The notes under the pieces were generated by a model. That model was not told the origin of the DNA. It worked only from the letters and a program-made list of their open reading frames with translations, and did no database searches. Made by a program: the position numbers and the translations under genes. From Firmicutes bacterium UBA3943 (lineage in GTDB: Bacteria > Bacillota > UBA4882 > UBA10575 > UBA3943), in NCBI GenBank assembly GCA_002385625.1, contig DGDV01000018.1, positions 16,570 through 80,569 of the forward strand: a DNA stretch of 64,000 bases. The letters are read 5' to 3'. How positions within the stretch are numbered: position 1 is the first letter of the stretch; each line of letters begins with the position of its first letter. Below, piece by piece: positions 26,335 through 36,126 of this stretch.

Positions 26335-27468
26335 ATGGCAGTAAGAACAGTCAAAACCTCAGCCTTGATTCCGGGGATGGTAATAGGCCGGGATATCCTG
26401 CAAAGTTCCGGAGCGTACCTGCTGCAAGAAGGTACGGTCCTAACGCTGGCTGTCATTAGAAAACTGGAGAAGTGGGGGATTGAAGAGGTTCAAATTGTCG
26501 AACCCAACGAGGAACAGAAAGAGGTATGGGAGGCCAAGCTCCGTCCGGAGATGGAACTTTCCCATGCTTCAACGGTTAATCTGATGGAGCAGGTTTTGAC
26601 GAACAATGAATCCTTGGAGATCGAGAAAATCCGCGATGCGGTGGGCGAAATAATGAATCAGGTGGGTTTGGGCCGGGATATCCTGCTTAACCTGTCCCAC
26701 CTCAAGTCCTATGATAATTATTTGTTTGCCCACTCGGTCAATGTCTGCAGCCTTGCCATGATCATCGGCGAGGGAATGGGCATGACCCCCGCAGAACTGG
26801 AGAAACTGGGACTAGCCGCCATTCTTCATGATATCGGCATGTTGAAGGTGCCGGTGGAGATCTGGAAACAGCAACGGGGGCTAACCAGTGAGGAACTGAA
26901 GGAGATCCAACGCCATCCCCTGTACGGGCATGACTTCCTCACTCAAAGCGGAGGTTTTTCCCCGGATGTTATCGCCGGTGCCGTGCAACATCATGAACGT
27001 TATGACGGGAGCGGCTATCCCCATGGCTTATACGGGCAGGAGATCCACAAATACGCCCGGATTATCGCTGTGGCCGACGTCTATGACGCATGTATCTCCC
27101 CCCGCCCCCACCGGGAGCCGATGACGCCCAGAGAAGCCTTGGATAACCTCATGATTTTCAAGGAGAAATATGACCCGGATGTTTTGTACACCTTCCTGAG
27201 CGTGATGGCTGTTTATCCCATTGGGAGCTTGGTTCAGCTCAATACTGGGGAGATTGGGAAGGTGGTTGGGATACATAAGAATCAACCCTTCCGTCCGGAG
27301 CTGCGTGTGTATACCGATCGCCAGGGTAAGATCCTGGAGAAACCCAGGCGGATTAATCTTGACGATAAAAATTTTCTTCTGATTCACATTGCCAAAACAC
27401 TGGAGCGGGCTGAAATCGCGGCATTCTTGAGTAAATTTGGTTCGGGCGTCAGCGCCTGGGATATCTGA
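26335..27468 (+). CDS. HD-GYP-domain c-di-GMP phosphodiesterase
   Basis: HDIGM and HHERYDGSGYP motifs. Starts immediately after the CheX-like stop. Confidence 0.88.
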   Translation: MAVRTVKTSALIPGMVIGRDILQSSGAYLLQEGTVLTLAVIRKLEKWGIEEVQIVEPNEEQKEVWEAKLRPEMELSHASTVNLMEQVLTNNESLEIEKIRDAVGEIMNQVGLGRDILLNLSHLKSYDNYLFAHSVNVCSLAMIIGEGMGMTPAELEKLGLAAILHDIGMLKVPVEIWKQQRGLTSEELKEIQRHPLYGHDFLTQSGGFSPDVIAGAVQHHERYDGSGYPHGLYGQEIHKYARIIAVADVYDACISPRPHREPMTPREALDNLMIFKEKYDPDVLYTFLSVMAVYPIGSLVQLNTGEIGKVVGIHKNQPFRPELRVYTDRQGKILEKPRRINLDDKNFLLIHIAKTLERAEIAAFLSKFGSGVSAWDI

Positions 27469-27501
27469 TATTTCCTCTGTGGACAAGTTAAGGAGAAGGA
27501 T

Positions 27502-28620
27502 ATGCAAAGCGAGGAAGTATTACGACCGCAGACCAGAATCAGGCTTCGGCCGATCAACGGAATTTACCGCGGGGATTATGACAGTACAATTCGGGAAGTG
27601 ACCGCCGAGGGAATCCGTATTTCCATGCCTACTTCCGGCGGGCAGTATGTGCTGTTGCCTGCAGGTACTGTCCTTAAAGTCCAGGGGATGGAGGATGAGT
27701 CCTTCGATTTTACGGCCGAGGTGATCCAACGGATGCTCCGGCCCGAGCCGTCACTGTTGATCACACGGCCCCATGGTATCTCCCGCCTGGGCCGGGAGGG
27801 ACAAAACCTCCGCACCCGTGTCATCGCCGTCACCAGCGGCAAGGGTGGGGTCGGCAAGACCAGCCTGACAATCAATCTGGGCATTGCCATGGCCCGGCTG
27901 GGCGAGCCGGTGGCGATTATCGACAGCGATTTGGGCCTGGGTAATGTGGATGTACTCTTGAATATTACGCCCAAGTATAATCTCCGGCATCTCCTGACCG
28001 GGGAAAGGTCGGTGGAAGAGGTTATGGTGGAGGGGCCGGCCGGGGTAAAGATCATTCCCGGCGGTTCCGGTCTGCGGGAACTTGCGGACTTGGCTGATTG
28101 GCAGATTGGGGAGGTCATCTCCCGCTTAAACTCTATCGAAAACTATGCCAGGACCATTTTCTTCGACACCGGTGCGGGGCTCGGACGCAATGTCACCCAC
28201 TTTTTGCTGGCTTCGGATGAGGTCTTGCTGGTTACTACCACCGAACCCCATGCCATTACCGATGCCTTTGCCGTGGCCAAGGTCCTTGCCACGGAACGTT
28301 CGGATATCCGGATCCACCTTATTGTCAACCGGGCGGAGACTTTGGAAGAGGGCCGCGCCGTCGCTGACAAGTTTCTCTTTACCGGTAAACGTTTCCTTGA
28401 TTTGGATATTTCCCTGCTGGGGATCGTACCCGATGATCATCTGGTTTCCAAGGCGATCAAGGCCCAGAATCCTGTGATGATTGCTTATCCGTCGTCAAAG
28501 GCGGCCGTGTCCATAGATAAAGCTGCCCGGGGCCTGCTGGGGGAAAGCGTCCGGCAAGGGAACGGGTCCCGGGGTATCCGCGGTTTTTTGGAACGGGCGC
28601 GCCAATTGTTCCGTGAATAA
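27502..28620 (+). CDS. PilZ-like N-terminal domain fused to a MinD/FlhG(ParA)-type P-loop ATPase
   Basis: N-terminal RIRLR (RxxxR) with a diverged second PilZ motif (EVTAEG), then a deviant Walker A VTSGKGGVGKTS, IIDSDLGLGN, and a MinD/FlhG-like remainder. Confidence 0.75.
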   Translation: MQSEEVLRPQTRIRLRPINGIYRGDYDSTIREVTAEGIRISMPTSGGQYVLLPAGTVLKVQGMEDESFDFTAEVIQRMLRPEPSLLITRPHGISRLGREGQNLRTRVIAVTSGKGGVGKTSLTINLGIAMARLGEPVAIIDSDLGLGNVDVLLNITPKYNLRHLLTGERSVEEVMVEGPAGVKIIPGGSGLRELADLADWQIGEVISRLNSIENYARTIFFDTGAGLGRNVTHFLLASDEVLLVTTTEPHAITDAFAVAKVLATERSDIRIHLIVNRAETLEEGRAVADKFLFTGKRFLDLDISLLGIVPDDHLVSKAIKAQNPVMIAYPSSKAAVSIDKAARGLLGESVRQGNGSRGIRGFLERARQLFRE

Positions 28621-28660
28621 AATGTCTCCCTGCTTGGCAGGGGTGTCTGCGAAGAAAGAA

Positions 28661-28700
28661 GAAAAAGCTCCTCTTGCGGAAAGAGGAGCTTTTGTTTTGT
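28661..28700. terminator. Bidirectional terminator between the convergent PilZ-ATPase and glutamine synthetase genes
   Basis: AGCTCCTCTT / AAGAGGAGCT 10-bp stem, flanked by an A-run upstream and TTTTGTTTTG downstream. Confidence 0.85.
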
Positions 28701-28720
28701 CTTGCGGGAATGGAATGGTG

Positions 28721-30622
28721 CTAAAACAGGTTTCGCCGGTATTCGTTGTATAAGACCTTCAGTTCTCTCATCATTGCATTCATCTGCTGTTGCAAACGGG
28801 AGATTTCAGGATAGTCGTGTTTTTCGATGGCTTGACGCAACTGGGCGAACAGGGAGATCCGCCCGAATTCGTCCTTCATCAGTTCGCGCCGGACTGTATT
28901 GACTTTGTTCCAACGCTCCTCATCGATGGACGAAGCATCGGGGGTGTCGAGTCGGGTGAGGGAGCGGATGATCTCCACGTTCTCCGGCAGAATGCGGTCC
29001 CGCAGCTCGGTAATCCATTGGTTTAACATGGCCTGGGCGTAGGAGCGGATGATCTTGCCGGAGAAGACCTCGCCTTGGCGGAGGACGGCGGCTTTTTCTG
29101 CATATTTCTCCAGGTTCTCCATGGCCTCCCAGACAGTAGCGGGGGGCCGGCCGAACAGCTGGTCACGTTCCTCGGCGGAGTATGCAGCAAAGACGTCTTC
29201 CTCGGACCGGTAGGCCCGATGGAGTTCCAGGTACAGTCCGGGTTCGTTTGGTTTCTTCGAAAACTCCCGTTCCAAGTCAGCGGAGGTCCGACCCTCTTTG
29301 ACCACATGGACGATGCCGTCCATAATGCCTTGGTAAATGGCGGCCAAGGCCAGATAGGTATTGGTATGGGGGTTGGGTGACCGCACCTCAAAGCGGGTGG
29401 CCGCGGGATCATCGATATCACGGATTAAACCCAAGAGAACCGTGCGGTTGCGGGACGGTGTGGCCACGTCATGGCCAACGGAGGCCACGATGCAGACAGG
29501 CGCTTCAAACCCGGGCTGGAGCCGGTTGAAAGCATCGTTGGACGCGGAGATAAAGGCGCTGATTGTCTCGTAATTTTTGAGCATGCCCAGCAGGGCGCCC
29601 CAGCCGATGGGGCTTAAGAACTCCCGGTTGGCATCCAGGGGAGCAAAGATGTTCCGGATGGAACCGTCCTTCAGCCGTAAGGAGATACCCACATGGGTAT
29701 GCTCGCCGTTGCCCGCCACCCCTTCCATGGGTTTAGCCATGAAAGTAACTTCGAGCCCGTGCCGGCGGAAGGTCTCTTTTATGATGATCCGGGCTAATAG
29801 CTCATTGTCTGCGGCTTGCAGCGCATTAGAGAAGCGCCAGTCGATTTCCAGTTGCTCCATAATGTGGGTAAGCCCGCCGCCGTCGCCGATCTGGGCTTTA
29901 ATCCCGCCCACTTCTTTATGGCCCATTTCAGGTTCCAAGCCATATTGCTCCAAAAGCATCAGGGAATGCTCCAGGGCAGTACGGACCACGCCCTTCGTGC
30001 GCTTCCAGTATTGCTCCTGCAAGACTTGGGAGGCGGTGAGCTGTTCAATCTCTGCTTTCTCATTGGGGGTTTTAACCCAAAACTCCAGCTCCGTCGCTGC
30101 AGTCAGGATTACTTCTACGATCTGATCGGGATGAATGCCATGGGCTTGGGCCACTTCGGGAAAGGCCCGTAACAGCTCGGGCAGGAGCCGTTGCACCCGA
30201 TCCATGGCGCGCAGGAGGACGGAGCGGGAATCGATGCGCTCGCCGGAATGGATCAAAAAGGACGGGATGCGTAAGGTACCGACGGGCAACTGGGTTTCGG
30301 GGTCAATATGCTCCCAGTTGTAGTCCACATACCAGTTGACATTGAGGTCCGCTTCAAAATCAACCTTGCCGTCGTTGAGGGTGGCGATGTGGGGCAAAAC
30401 CACGCTGGAGCCGTCGGTTTGGATGCCGCCCTTCAGAAATTTATTGATATCCTTGAGAAACAACTTGATGGGGATTTTCTCGTCGGTGTCGTTCCCGCCG
30501 AGATCCACCCCCACCAGGGAGACAAAGCGGATCTCCGGGTGGGAGGTGAGAATTGTTTTGAGGCGTTCCGGTGAGTGATCCTCAGGTTTGATCAGGTAAA
30601 CCAGGTTTTGATACAATATCAA
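28721..30622 (-). CDS. Large (about 630 aa) glutamine synthetase family protein (type III-like)
   Basis: GS beta-grasp N-terminus (RFVSLVGVDLGGNDTDEKIP) and a catalytic domain (HKEVGG, GNGEHTHV, NRTVLLGLIR, EVRSPNP). TTG start; the second TTG at 30616 is also possible. Confidence 0.8.
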   Translation of the reverse strand: MILYQNLVYLIKPEDHSPERLKTILTSHPEIRFVSLVGVDLGGNDTDEKIPIKLFLKDINKFLKGGIQTDGSSVVLPHIATLNDGKVDFEADLNVNWYVDYNWEHIDPETQLPVGTLRIPSFLIHSGERIDSRSVLLRAMDRVQRLLPELLRAFPEVAQAHGIHPDQIVEVILTAATELEFWVKTPNEKAEIEQLTASQVLQEQYWKRTKGVVRTALEHSLMLLEQYGLEPEMGHKEVGGIKAQIGDGGGLTHIMEQLEIDWRFSNALQAADNELLARIIIKETFRRHGLEVTFMAKPMEGVAGNGEHTHVGISLRLKDGSIRNIFAPLDANREFLSPIGWGALLGMLKNYETISAFISASNDAFNRLQPGFEAPVCIVASVGHDVATPSRNRTVLLGLIRDIDDPAATRFEVRSPNPHTNTYLALAAIYQGIMDGIVHVVKEGRTSADLEREFSKKPNEPGLYLELHRAYRSEEDVFAAYSAEERDQLFGRPPATVWEAMENLEKYAEKAAVLRQGEVFSGKIIRSYAQAMLNQWITELRDRILPENVEIIRSLTRLDTPDASSIDEERWNKVNTVRRELMKDEFGRISLFAQLRQAIEKHDYPEISRLQQQMNAMMRELKVLYNEYRRNLF

Positions 30623-30708
30623 TTCACCTTGCTTTCTTCCTTACTGTCGGACTAAGCCGTAAAAGCGCGGTTTTGTTGTCCTCGGGATCATAAAAACATC
30701 TATGCAAC

Positions 30709-30737
30709 ATTATAGCAATAACGGCGGATGTTGTCAG
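30709..30737 (-). promoter_or_regulatory. Sigma-A-type promoter for the glutamine synthetase gene
   Basis: On the minus strand: CTGACA, 17-nt spacer, TATAAT. Confidence 0.55.
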
Positions 30738-30957
30738 GAGGTTTTTGCAACGGCAAGTGAAGATTTTTCCGGGAGAAAGTCCTTACCCAGGAGAATATGC
30801 TAAAGCGTAATAACTGCGGGAAGACGCGCAATAAATCCTTTTGTTGAAGTATAATCGGAAATAATTTAACAAATTGTCAATGATTTGCAGGGGAAAGCGA
30901 AGAAAACCAGAATCTGTAATTTGTGGTCGGTAATTAAAGACGAACGGAGGAATTAAG

Positions 30958-31821
30958 ATGTGGCGGAGACTTTTGACGGTTGCGGCCATGTTGGCCTTGT
31001 TGGCAATGTCGGGTTGTATCAATTATACGGAAGAGACAGTTTTGCAAAGCAATGGTTCCGGACGCATGAAGATCCAATACAGTATTGAAGAATCCATGTT
31101 TGCCATGATGGAGCAGGGTGAAGACCAGGTAGAAAATCCCTTTGAATTTGACAAGGAAAAGGTAAAGGCGCAATTTGATAGTAAGAATATAACTGTGAAA
31201 AAGATCGATGTTTTTAGTGAACAAGGGAAACGAAATGTCGTGATTGAACTGGCATTTAAAGATATTAACAAGCTTTCCGAGGCCAAGTTCTTTATGGACC
31301 GGCAGATCAGTTTCAAAAAGGACAAAAAGGGCAACCTGGTCTATAAGATGGTCGTAGCTGGTACGGCCGATGAGCCGGAGGAAGCGGAGAATGACACCGC
31401 TGCAATGATGCAGGCAATGTTCGCCGGCTATACCTTTAAATTTACCACGAAGATGCCAGCCAAGGTTTTGGAAGCCAACGGGAAGATCAATAAGAACACA
31501 GTGATTTGGGAGATACCCCTTCCCACTGCTATGAAGGGCATGACGATGGAGGCAAAGATAAAAGCCGGGCCGGATCCTGTGGTTATCATTGGTATTCTCT
31601 TGGCTGTACTGGTGCTTGCGGTTGTTTTCTTTGCGCTGAGCGCCCGTAAGCCCAAAGCGCCGGCGAGCGGAGAACCGGTGGCGGCTAAAGAGCAGAGGGC
31701 GCCGGAGGTTGTTGAAGAACAGGTGAAACCGGAAGTTGTTGAGGAACAATTGGTGCCAGAGGAAGAGGCGCCAGTGGAAACCCTCGAGGAAGACGAGGAG
31801 CCCGGGGAACCGTTGGCTTAA
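30958..31821 (+). CDS. Hypothetical lipoprotein with a C-terminal TM helix and an acidic Pro/Glu-rich tail
   Basis: Lipobox LAMSGC, late TM segment VVIIGILLAVLVLAVVFFAL, tail PEVVEEQVKPEVVEEQLVPEEE. Confidence 0.6.
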   Translation: MWRRLLTVAAMLALLAMSGCINYTEETVLQSNGSGRMKIQYSIEESMFAMMEQGEDQVENPFEFDKEKVKAQFDSKNITVKKIDVFSEQGKRNVVIELAFKDINKLSEAKFFMDRQISFKKDKKGNLVYKMVVAGTADEPEEAENDTAAMMQAMFAGYTFKFTTKMPAKVLEANGKINKNTVIWEIPLPTAMKGMTMEAKIKAGPDPVVIIGILLAVLVLAVVFFALSARKPKAPASGEPVAAKEQRAPEVVEEQVKPEVVEEQLVPEEEAPVETLEEDEEPGEPLA

Positions 31822-31864
31822 AGCAAAGACCGATTAAGGCTGATTAAAGCCGGAAAATCAAATG

Positions 31865-31893
31865 AAAAGGGCTGCTGTGGCAGCCCTTTTTTT
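31865..31893. terminator. Bidirectional terminator between convergent genes
   Basis: GGGCTGC / GCAGCCC stem flanked by AAAA and TTTTTTT. Confidence 0.8.
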
Positions 31894-31896
31894 GGT

Positions 31897-33249
31897 TTAC
31901 CAGCGATAACTCCAGCCGAACTGCCAAATGGATGCGGCATTGTCATGCTGCCAACCCAAGGTGTAGACCTGGCTGTTGCTGCCCAGGAAGGCGGCGGCCA
32001 GGGAGAAGGCGCCGTCCGTGTTGGCCCCGGCGGTAATACTCAGGCGTGGTGAGACCAGGTAGACCTGGCGGAGTTGCCAGTTGGCCCGGTCCTCCCGGGT
32101 GGAGGCGGTAAGTTGTGTCCCCCAGCATTTGCTCCAGCGGTAATACTGTCCCCATTCCAACCATGGTTTATGGTTGTTGGCTGCGCCGATGGCAAGACAC
32201 CAGTGGCCGAGACCCCGCACGCCGATGAGGGAGGCGTAGTCCCGCAGGTCCAACATTTTATAGAAATTAAGGGTCACCCCGGGGTCATGGCCGTCGGTGG
32301 CCAGCTCCAAGCTGACTTGGGGGCAAAGGGGGACGGTGAAGGAGGCGGGTATTTTCTCTGTGCCCTCCGGGCGTTGATAGGCGACGGTCGCCAGAAAATA
32401 CAGGCGGGTGGGGTCCGGCAGCAGCGGGGAGTCGGGGAGATTCGCTTCAATGGTTAAAGGATCTTCCGTTAATGAAGAAATCTTGGCAGAATCCGGCGAT
32501 ATCTTTAAAGCCAGGGTGACCAGGACGGGCAGGTGGTCTGAGCCGTTCCAGGGAAGGGTGCTGCCCTTTACCGCTTGCCAATGCCTGCTGTACCAGATCT
32601 GGTCCGGTCGGCCGGAGGGTTGCCCGGTGGGGAATGATTCACCCAGGGGCAGGGTGGCACCTGCCTCGGTCGCCAAAGCCGTCAGTTCCGTGAATAACTT
32701 GGCGTGGGGCTCTACGTTAAAATCCCCCATGAGAATAAAGGGTCCGGTGGCAGCTGCCAGGATGCGGGTGACGGCCGCCAGCTGATGTTCCCGGTCGTCA
32801 TGGCTTAACCCTAAATGGGTATTGAAGACCCGGACGATCGTGCCGTTGAAGTTTACAGCTACTTCCAGCAGGCCCCTTTGCTCAAGTTGGCTCGGGAGAT
32901 AGTAATGGCGGTGCCGGGCGATCGGATGCTTTGTCAGCAAGGCATTGCCAAAACGAAACCAGCCCAGGTTGGCATTGCCCTTATGAATGATTTGGTACCC
33001 GGAGTTTTTTAACCGGGTAAGGACGCTATCCTCCACCTCCTGCAGGGCAATGAGGTCGGGTCTTTCCTCCGCCACCAGCCTAAGGAGACTTTCGATGTTA
33101 TCGGCGCCTGCAGCGTTCCGCCCATTATGCAGGTTCAAGGTCATGACATTAACCTGCAAAGGCCGGTCCAGGGCTAAAGCCGGCGCGGAGGCAAGGCCAA
33201 GCATTGATAAGGCAAATAAGAGAGGAATTGCCCGGTTTAGTCGCGGCAA
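31897..33249 (-). CDS. Secreted endonuclease/exonuclease/phosphatase (EEP) family protein with a C-terminal beta-barrel-like domain
   Basis: Signal peptide (LLFALSMLGLASAPALA) and EEP motifs (VMTLNLHNG, LIALQEV, ILMGDFN, GSDHLPV). The last roughly 200 aa have alternating-hydrophobic strands and end in SIWQFGWSYRW. Confidence 0.75.
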   Translation of the reverse strand: MPRLNRAIPLLFALSMLGLASAPALALDRPLQVNVMTLNLHNGRNAAGADNIESLLRLVAEERPDLIALQEVEDSVLTRLKNSGYQIIHKGNANLGWFRFGNALLTKHPIARHRHYYLPSQLEQRGLLEVAVNFNGTIVRVFNTHLGLSHDDREHQLAAVTRILAAATGPFILMGDFNVEPHAKLFTELTALATEAGATLPLGESFPTGQPSGRPDQIWYSRHWQAVKGSTLPWNGSDHLPVLVTLALKISPDSAKISSLTEDPLTIEANLPDSPLLPDPTRLYFLATVAYQRPEGTEKIPASFTVPLCPQVSLELATDGHDPGVTLNFYKMLDLRDYASLIGVRGLGHWCLAIGAANNHKPWLEWGQYYRWSKCWGTQLTASTREDRANWQLRQVYLVSPRLSITAGANTDGAFSLAAAFLGSNSQVYTLGWQHDNAASIWQFGWSYRW

Positions 33250-33393
33250 AGTAAGTCACCTAACCGTATTTTTGTATTGAATGACGGTGAAAGCACGCCG
33301 TTCTGAGTAACATAATTCGCCGGAAAGGGTATGCGGTCCTCTTGCGTCATTTTACCACCGGCGCCTGAGCCTGACAGGGCTTGTTTTTGCTGA

Positions 33394-33428
33394 TTTACAA
33401 TTGAGGTCACAAAATGTACAATTGTAAA
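33394..33428. repeat. Inverted repeat TTTACAATTG-N15-CAATTGTAAA in a divergent intergenic region
   Basis: Perfect 10-bp arms at 33394-33403 and 33419-33428. Confidence 0.8.
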
Positions 33429-33571
33429 AGGGTTGGGTTTGGGTATTTGCCTAACCAGACGGTAGGCAAAATAATTCCAAAGGTTGTTTCCCCATCGTTC
33501 TTCTTTTATGGTATAATTCTCGTATTGAGTAATTTTCGCCCACAGATTGCGGGGTTAAGGAGTAGGTTTTA

Positions 33572-34579
33572 GTGAAAAACCTGATCATTCCCAAGAACTA
33601 TCGGGCCAAGCTCTCGCTCAGGGAAACGGAAGTGGCCATCAAAAAGTTGAAAGATTTTTTTGAACGGGCTTTGGCGGAAGAAATGAACTTGGTGCGGGTG
33701 TCCGCCCCCTTGTTTGTGCGGCCCGGGTCCGGCCTGAACGATAACCTTAGCGGTGTTGAACGCCCGGTGGCCTTTGACGTTAAATCTATCAACGAGGAAT
33801 GCGAGATCGTCCACTCCCTGGCGAAATGGAAACGCATGGCCCTCCATCGTTACGGTTTCTCCGTCGGGGAGGGGCTCTATACTGACATGAACGCTATCCG
33901 GCGGGATGAGGATCTGGATAATCTTCACTCCATCTATGTGGACCAATGGGACTGGGAGAAGATCATCCGGAAAGAAGACCGGAATACCGGGACCTTAAAG
34001 TCGGTTGTCCGCCAGATCTACCGGGTCTTCCTCAAGACCCGGGACTACATTTGCGACGAATATCCTGTCCTACAGCCGCATCTTCCTGCGGAGATCAGCT
34101 TTATTAGCTCCCAGGAACTAGAAGATCTTTATCCCGGTTTGCCGCCGAAGGAGCGGGAGGATGCCATCACGGAGGAGAAGGGCGCGGTCTTTGTCATGCA
34201 GATCGGTGGGGTTCTCAAATCCGGCGAGAAGCATGACGGCCGGGCGCCGGACTATGATGACTGGTCCTTAAACGGTGACATCCTCTTCTGGAACCCGCTG
34301 CTTAGGAAGGCCTTTGAGATTTCCTCCATGGGGATCCGGGTAGACGAAGAGGCCTTGCTGCGCCAATTAAAGCAGGCCGGGTGCGAGGACCGGTTAGAGC
34401 TCCAGTTTCATCAGGATTTATTGGCCAAGAAGCTTCCTTACACCGTGGGCGGCGGCATCGGGCAGTCGCGCTTGTGCATGTTTTTCCTGGAAAAGGCCCA
34501 TATCGGTGAGGTGCAGTCTTCGGTCTGGCCTGACAGGATGATTGAGGCTTGTGCCGCTGCGGGCATCCAATTGCTTTAA
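33572..34579 (+). CDS. asnA: Aspartate-ammonia ligase (asparagine synthetase A)
   Basis: AsnA-type class II synthetase-like motifs ([32 protein letters not shown]). GTG start after AAGGAG. Confidence 0.92.
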   Translation: MKNLIIPKNYRAKLSLRETEVAIKKLKDFFERALAEEMNLVRVSAPLFVRPGSGLNDNLSGVERPVAFDVKSINEECEIVHSLAKWKRMALHRYGFSVGEGLYTDMNAIRRDEDLDNLHSIYVDQWDWEKIIRKEDRNTGTLKSVVRQIYRVFLKTRDYICDEYPVLQPHLPAEISFISSQELEDLYPGLPPKEREDAITEEKGAVFVMQIGGVLKSGEKHDGRAPDYDDWSLNGDILFWNPLLRKAFEISSMGIRVDEEALLRQLKQAGCEDRLELQFHQDLLAKKLPYTVGGGIGQSRLCMFFLEKAHIGEVQSSVWPDRMIEACAAAGIQLL

Positions 34580-34643
34580 ACAATGGCTTTAAACGAGCGC
34601 CGGTGGTCAAGGGACCACGAGGTTGGTTGGAAAGGGGATTAAA

Positions 34644-36035
34644 ATGGATTTTACCACAGTCAAACAGTTGTATCGTCAAACCCAGTCCTATCTTGGCCAG
34701 CGGGTCCGGGTTGGCGGTTGGGTTCGGACTGTTCGGGACGTGAAGACCTTTGCTTTCATTGAATTGAATGACGGTTCATTCTTTAAGAATTTACAGGTTG
34801 TGGTGGATGAAGCCCTGTCGAACTTTGCCGAGGTGGTTAAGTTGGGTGTGGGTTCGGCCATCATTGTTGAAGGCGTGGTGGTGGACAGCCCCGGTGCCAA
34901 ACAGCCCTTTGAATTGAAGGCGGAGTTTGTTACCGTCGAAGGGACGTGTCCCACCGATTATCCGTTGCAAAAGAAGCGGCATTCCTTTGAGTTTTTGCGG
35001 AGCATTGCCCACCTGCGGCCGCGGACCAATACATTTTCTGCAGTGTTCCGGGTGCGGTCCCTGGCGGCCTATGCCATCCACCGGTTCTTCCAGGAGCGGG
35101 GTTTTGTCTATGTCCATACTCCCATCATCACCGGGAGTGACTGCGAGGGAGCAGGCGCCATGTTCCGCGTCACCACTTTGGACCCCGATGATCCGCCGCG
35201 GACACCCGACGGTAAGACCGACTTTAACAAGGACTTTTTCGGCAAAGCCACCAATCTGACGGTTAGCGGCCAGTTGGAGGGCGAGACCTATGCCATGGCC
35301 TTCCGCAATATTTACACCTTTGGGCCAACCTTCCGGGCGGAGAACTCCAACACACCCCGGCACGCGGCGGAGTTCTGGATGATCGAGCCGGAGATGGCCT
35401 TTGCCGACCTTAATGACAACATGGTCCTGGCGGAGGATATGCTTAAGTACCTGATTAATTACGTCATGGAAAACGCCCCGGAGGAAATGGAGTTCTTTAA
35501 TAATTTCATAGACAATACCTTGTTTGACCGGTTGCAGAACATTGTCAACTCCGAGTTTGCCCGGATCACCTATACCGAAGCGGTGGAGTTGTTGCAAAAG
35601 TCGGGTCAGAGTTTTGAATATCCGGTGGCATGGGGTTGCGACCTTCAAACCGAGCATGAGCGGTACCTGACCGAGCAAGTCTTTAAGAAACCGGTCTTTG
35701 TCATTGACTATCCGAAGGAGATTAAAGCCTTTTACATGCGGCAGAATGATGACGGCAAGACGGTGGCAGCCATGGATCTCTTGGTCCCCGGCGTCGGGGA
35801 GATCATCGGCGGCAGCCAGCGCGAAGAACGACTGGACCGTTTGGAGGCCCGCATGAAGGAATTGGGTTTGGCCCGGGAAGATTACTGGTGGTACCTGGAT
35901 ACCCGCAAATACGGCGGGACAAAGCACGCCGGCTTTGGTTTGGGCTTTGAGCGGGCGATTATGTATATAACCGGGATGACCAACATCCGTGATGTGATTC
36001 CCTTCCCCCGCACTGTCCGTATGGCCGAGTTTTAA
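34644..36035 (+). CDS. asnS: Asparaginyl-tRNA synthetase
   Basis: OB-fold N-terminus ([11 protein letters not shown]), class II motifs ([14 protein letters not shown]). ATG at 34644 follows GAAAGGGGA. Confidence 0.93.
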   Translation: MDFTTVKQLYRQTQSYLGQRVRVGGWVRTVRDVKTFAFIELNDGSFFKNLQVVVDEALSNFAEVVKLGVGSAIIVEGVVVDSPGAKQPFELKAEFVTVEGTCPTDYPLQKKRHSFEFLRSIAHLRPRTNTFSAVFRVRSLAAYAIHRFFQERGFVYVHTPIITGSDCEGAGAMFRVTTLDPDDPPRTPDGKTDFNKDFFGKATNLTVSGQLEGETYAMAFRNIYTFGPTFRAENSNTPRHAAEFWMIEPEMAFADLNDNMVLAEDMLKYLINYVMENAPEEMEFFNNFIDNTLFDRLQNIVNSEFARITYTEAVELLQKSGQSFEYPVAWGCDLQTEHERYLTEQVFKKPVFVIDYPKEIKAFYMRQNDDGKTVAAMDLLVPGVGEIIGGSQREERLDRLEARMKELGLAREDYWWYLDTRKYGGTKHAGFGLGFERAIMYITGMTNIRDVIPFPRTVRMAEF

Positions 36036-36126
36036 AAAGTTATAAATAAAAATATAGAGTTATAAGTTATAAGGAGTACCAATAATTACTGGTAACTACA
36101 CGCAACATGCCATGGTTGACTTGTCG

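Noticed and set aside
30623-30708. Possible glutamine-responsive leader or TnrA/GlnR box upstream of the glutamine synthetase gene.
   Set aside because: I found no TGTNAN7TNACA site and no recognisable riboswitch core. Only a plausible sigma-A promoter is reported.
33250-33571. Possible T-box (for asnA/asnS) or GEMM-I c-di-GMP riboswitch.
   Set aside because: The plus strand has no T-box GGGUGGUACCGCG element. The minus strand has only fragments (CCGGTGGTAAAA and TGACGCAAGAGG) that resemble pieces of T-box and GEMM-I motifs without the rest of the architecture.
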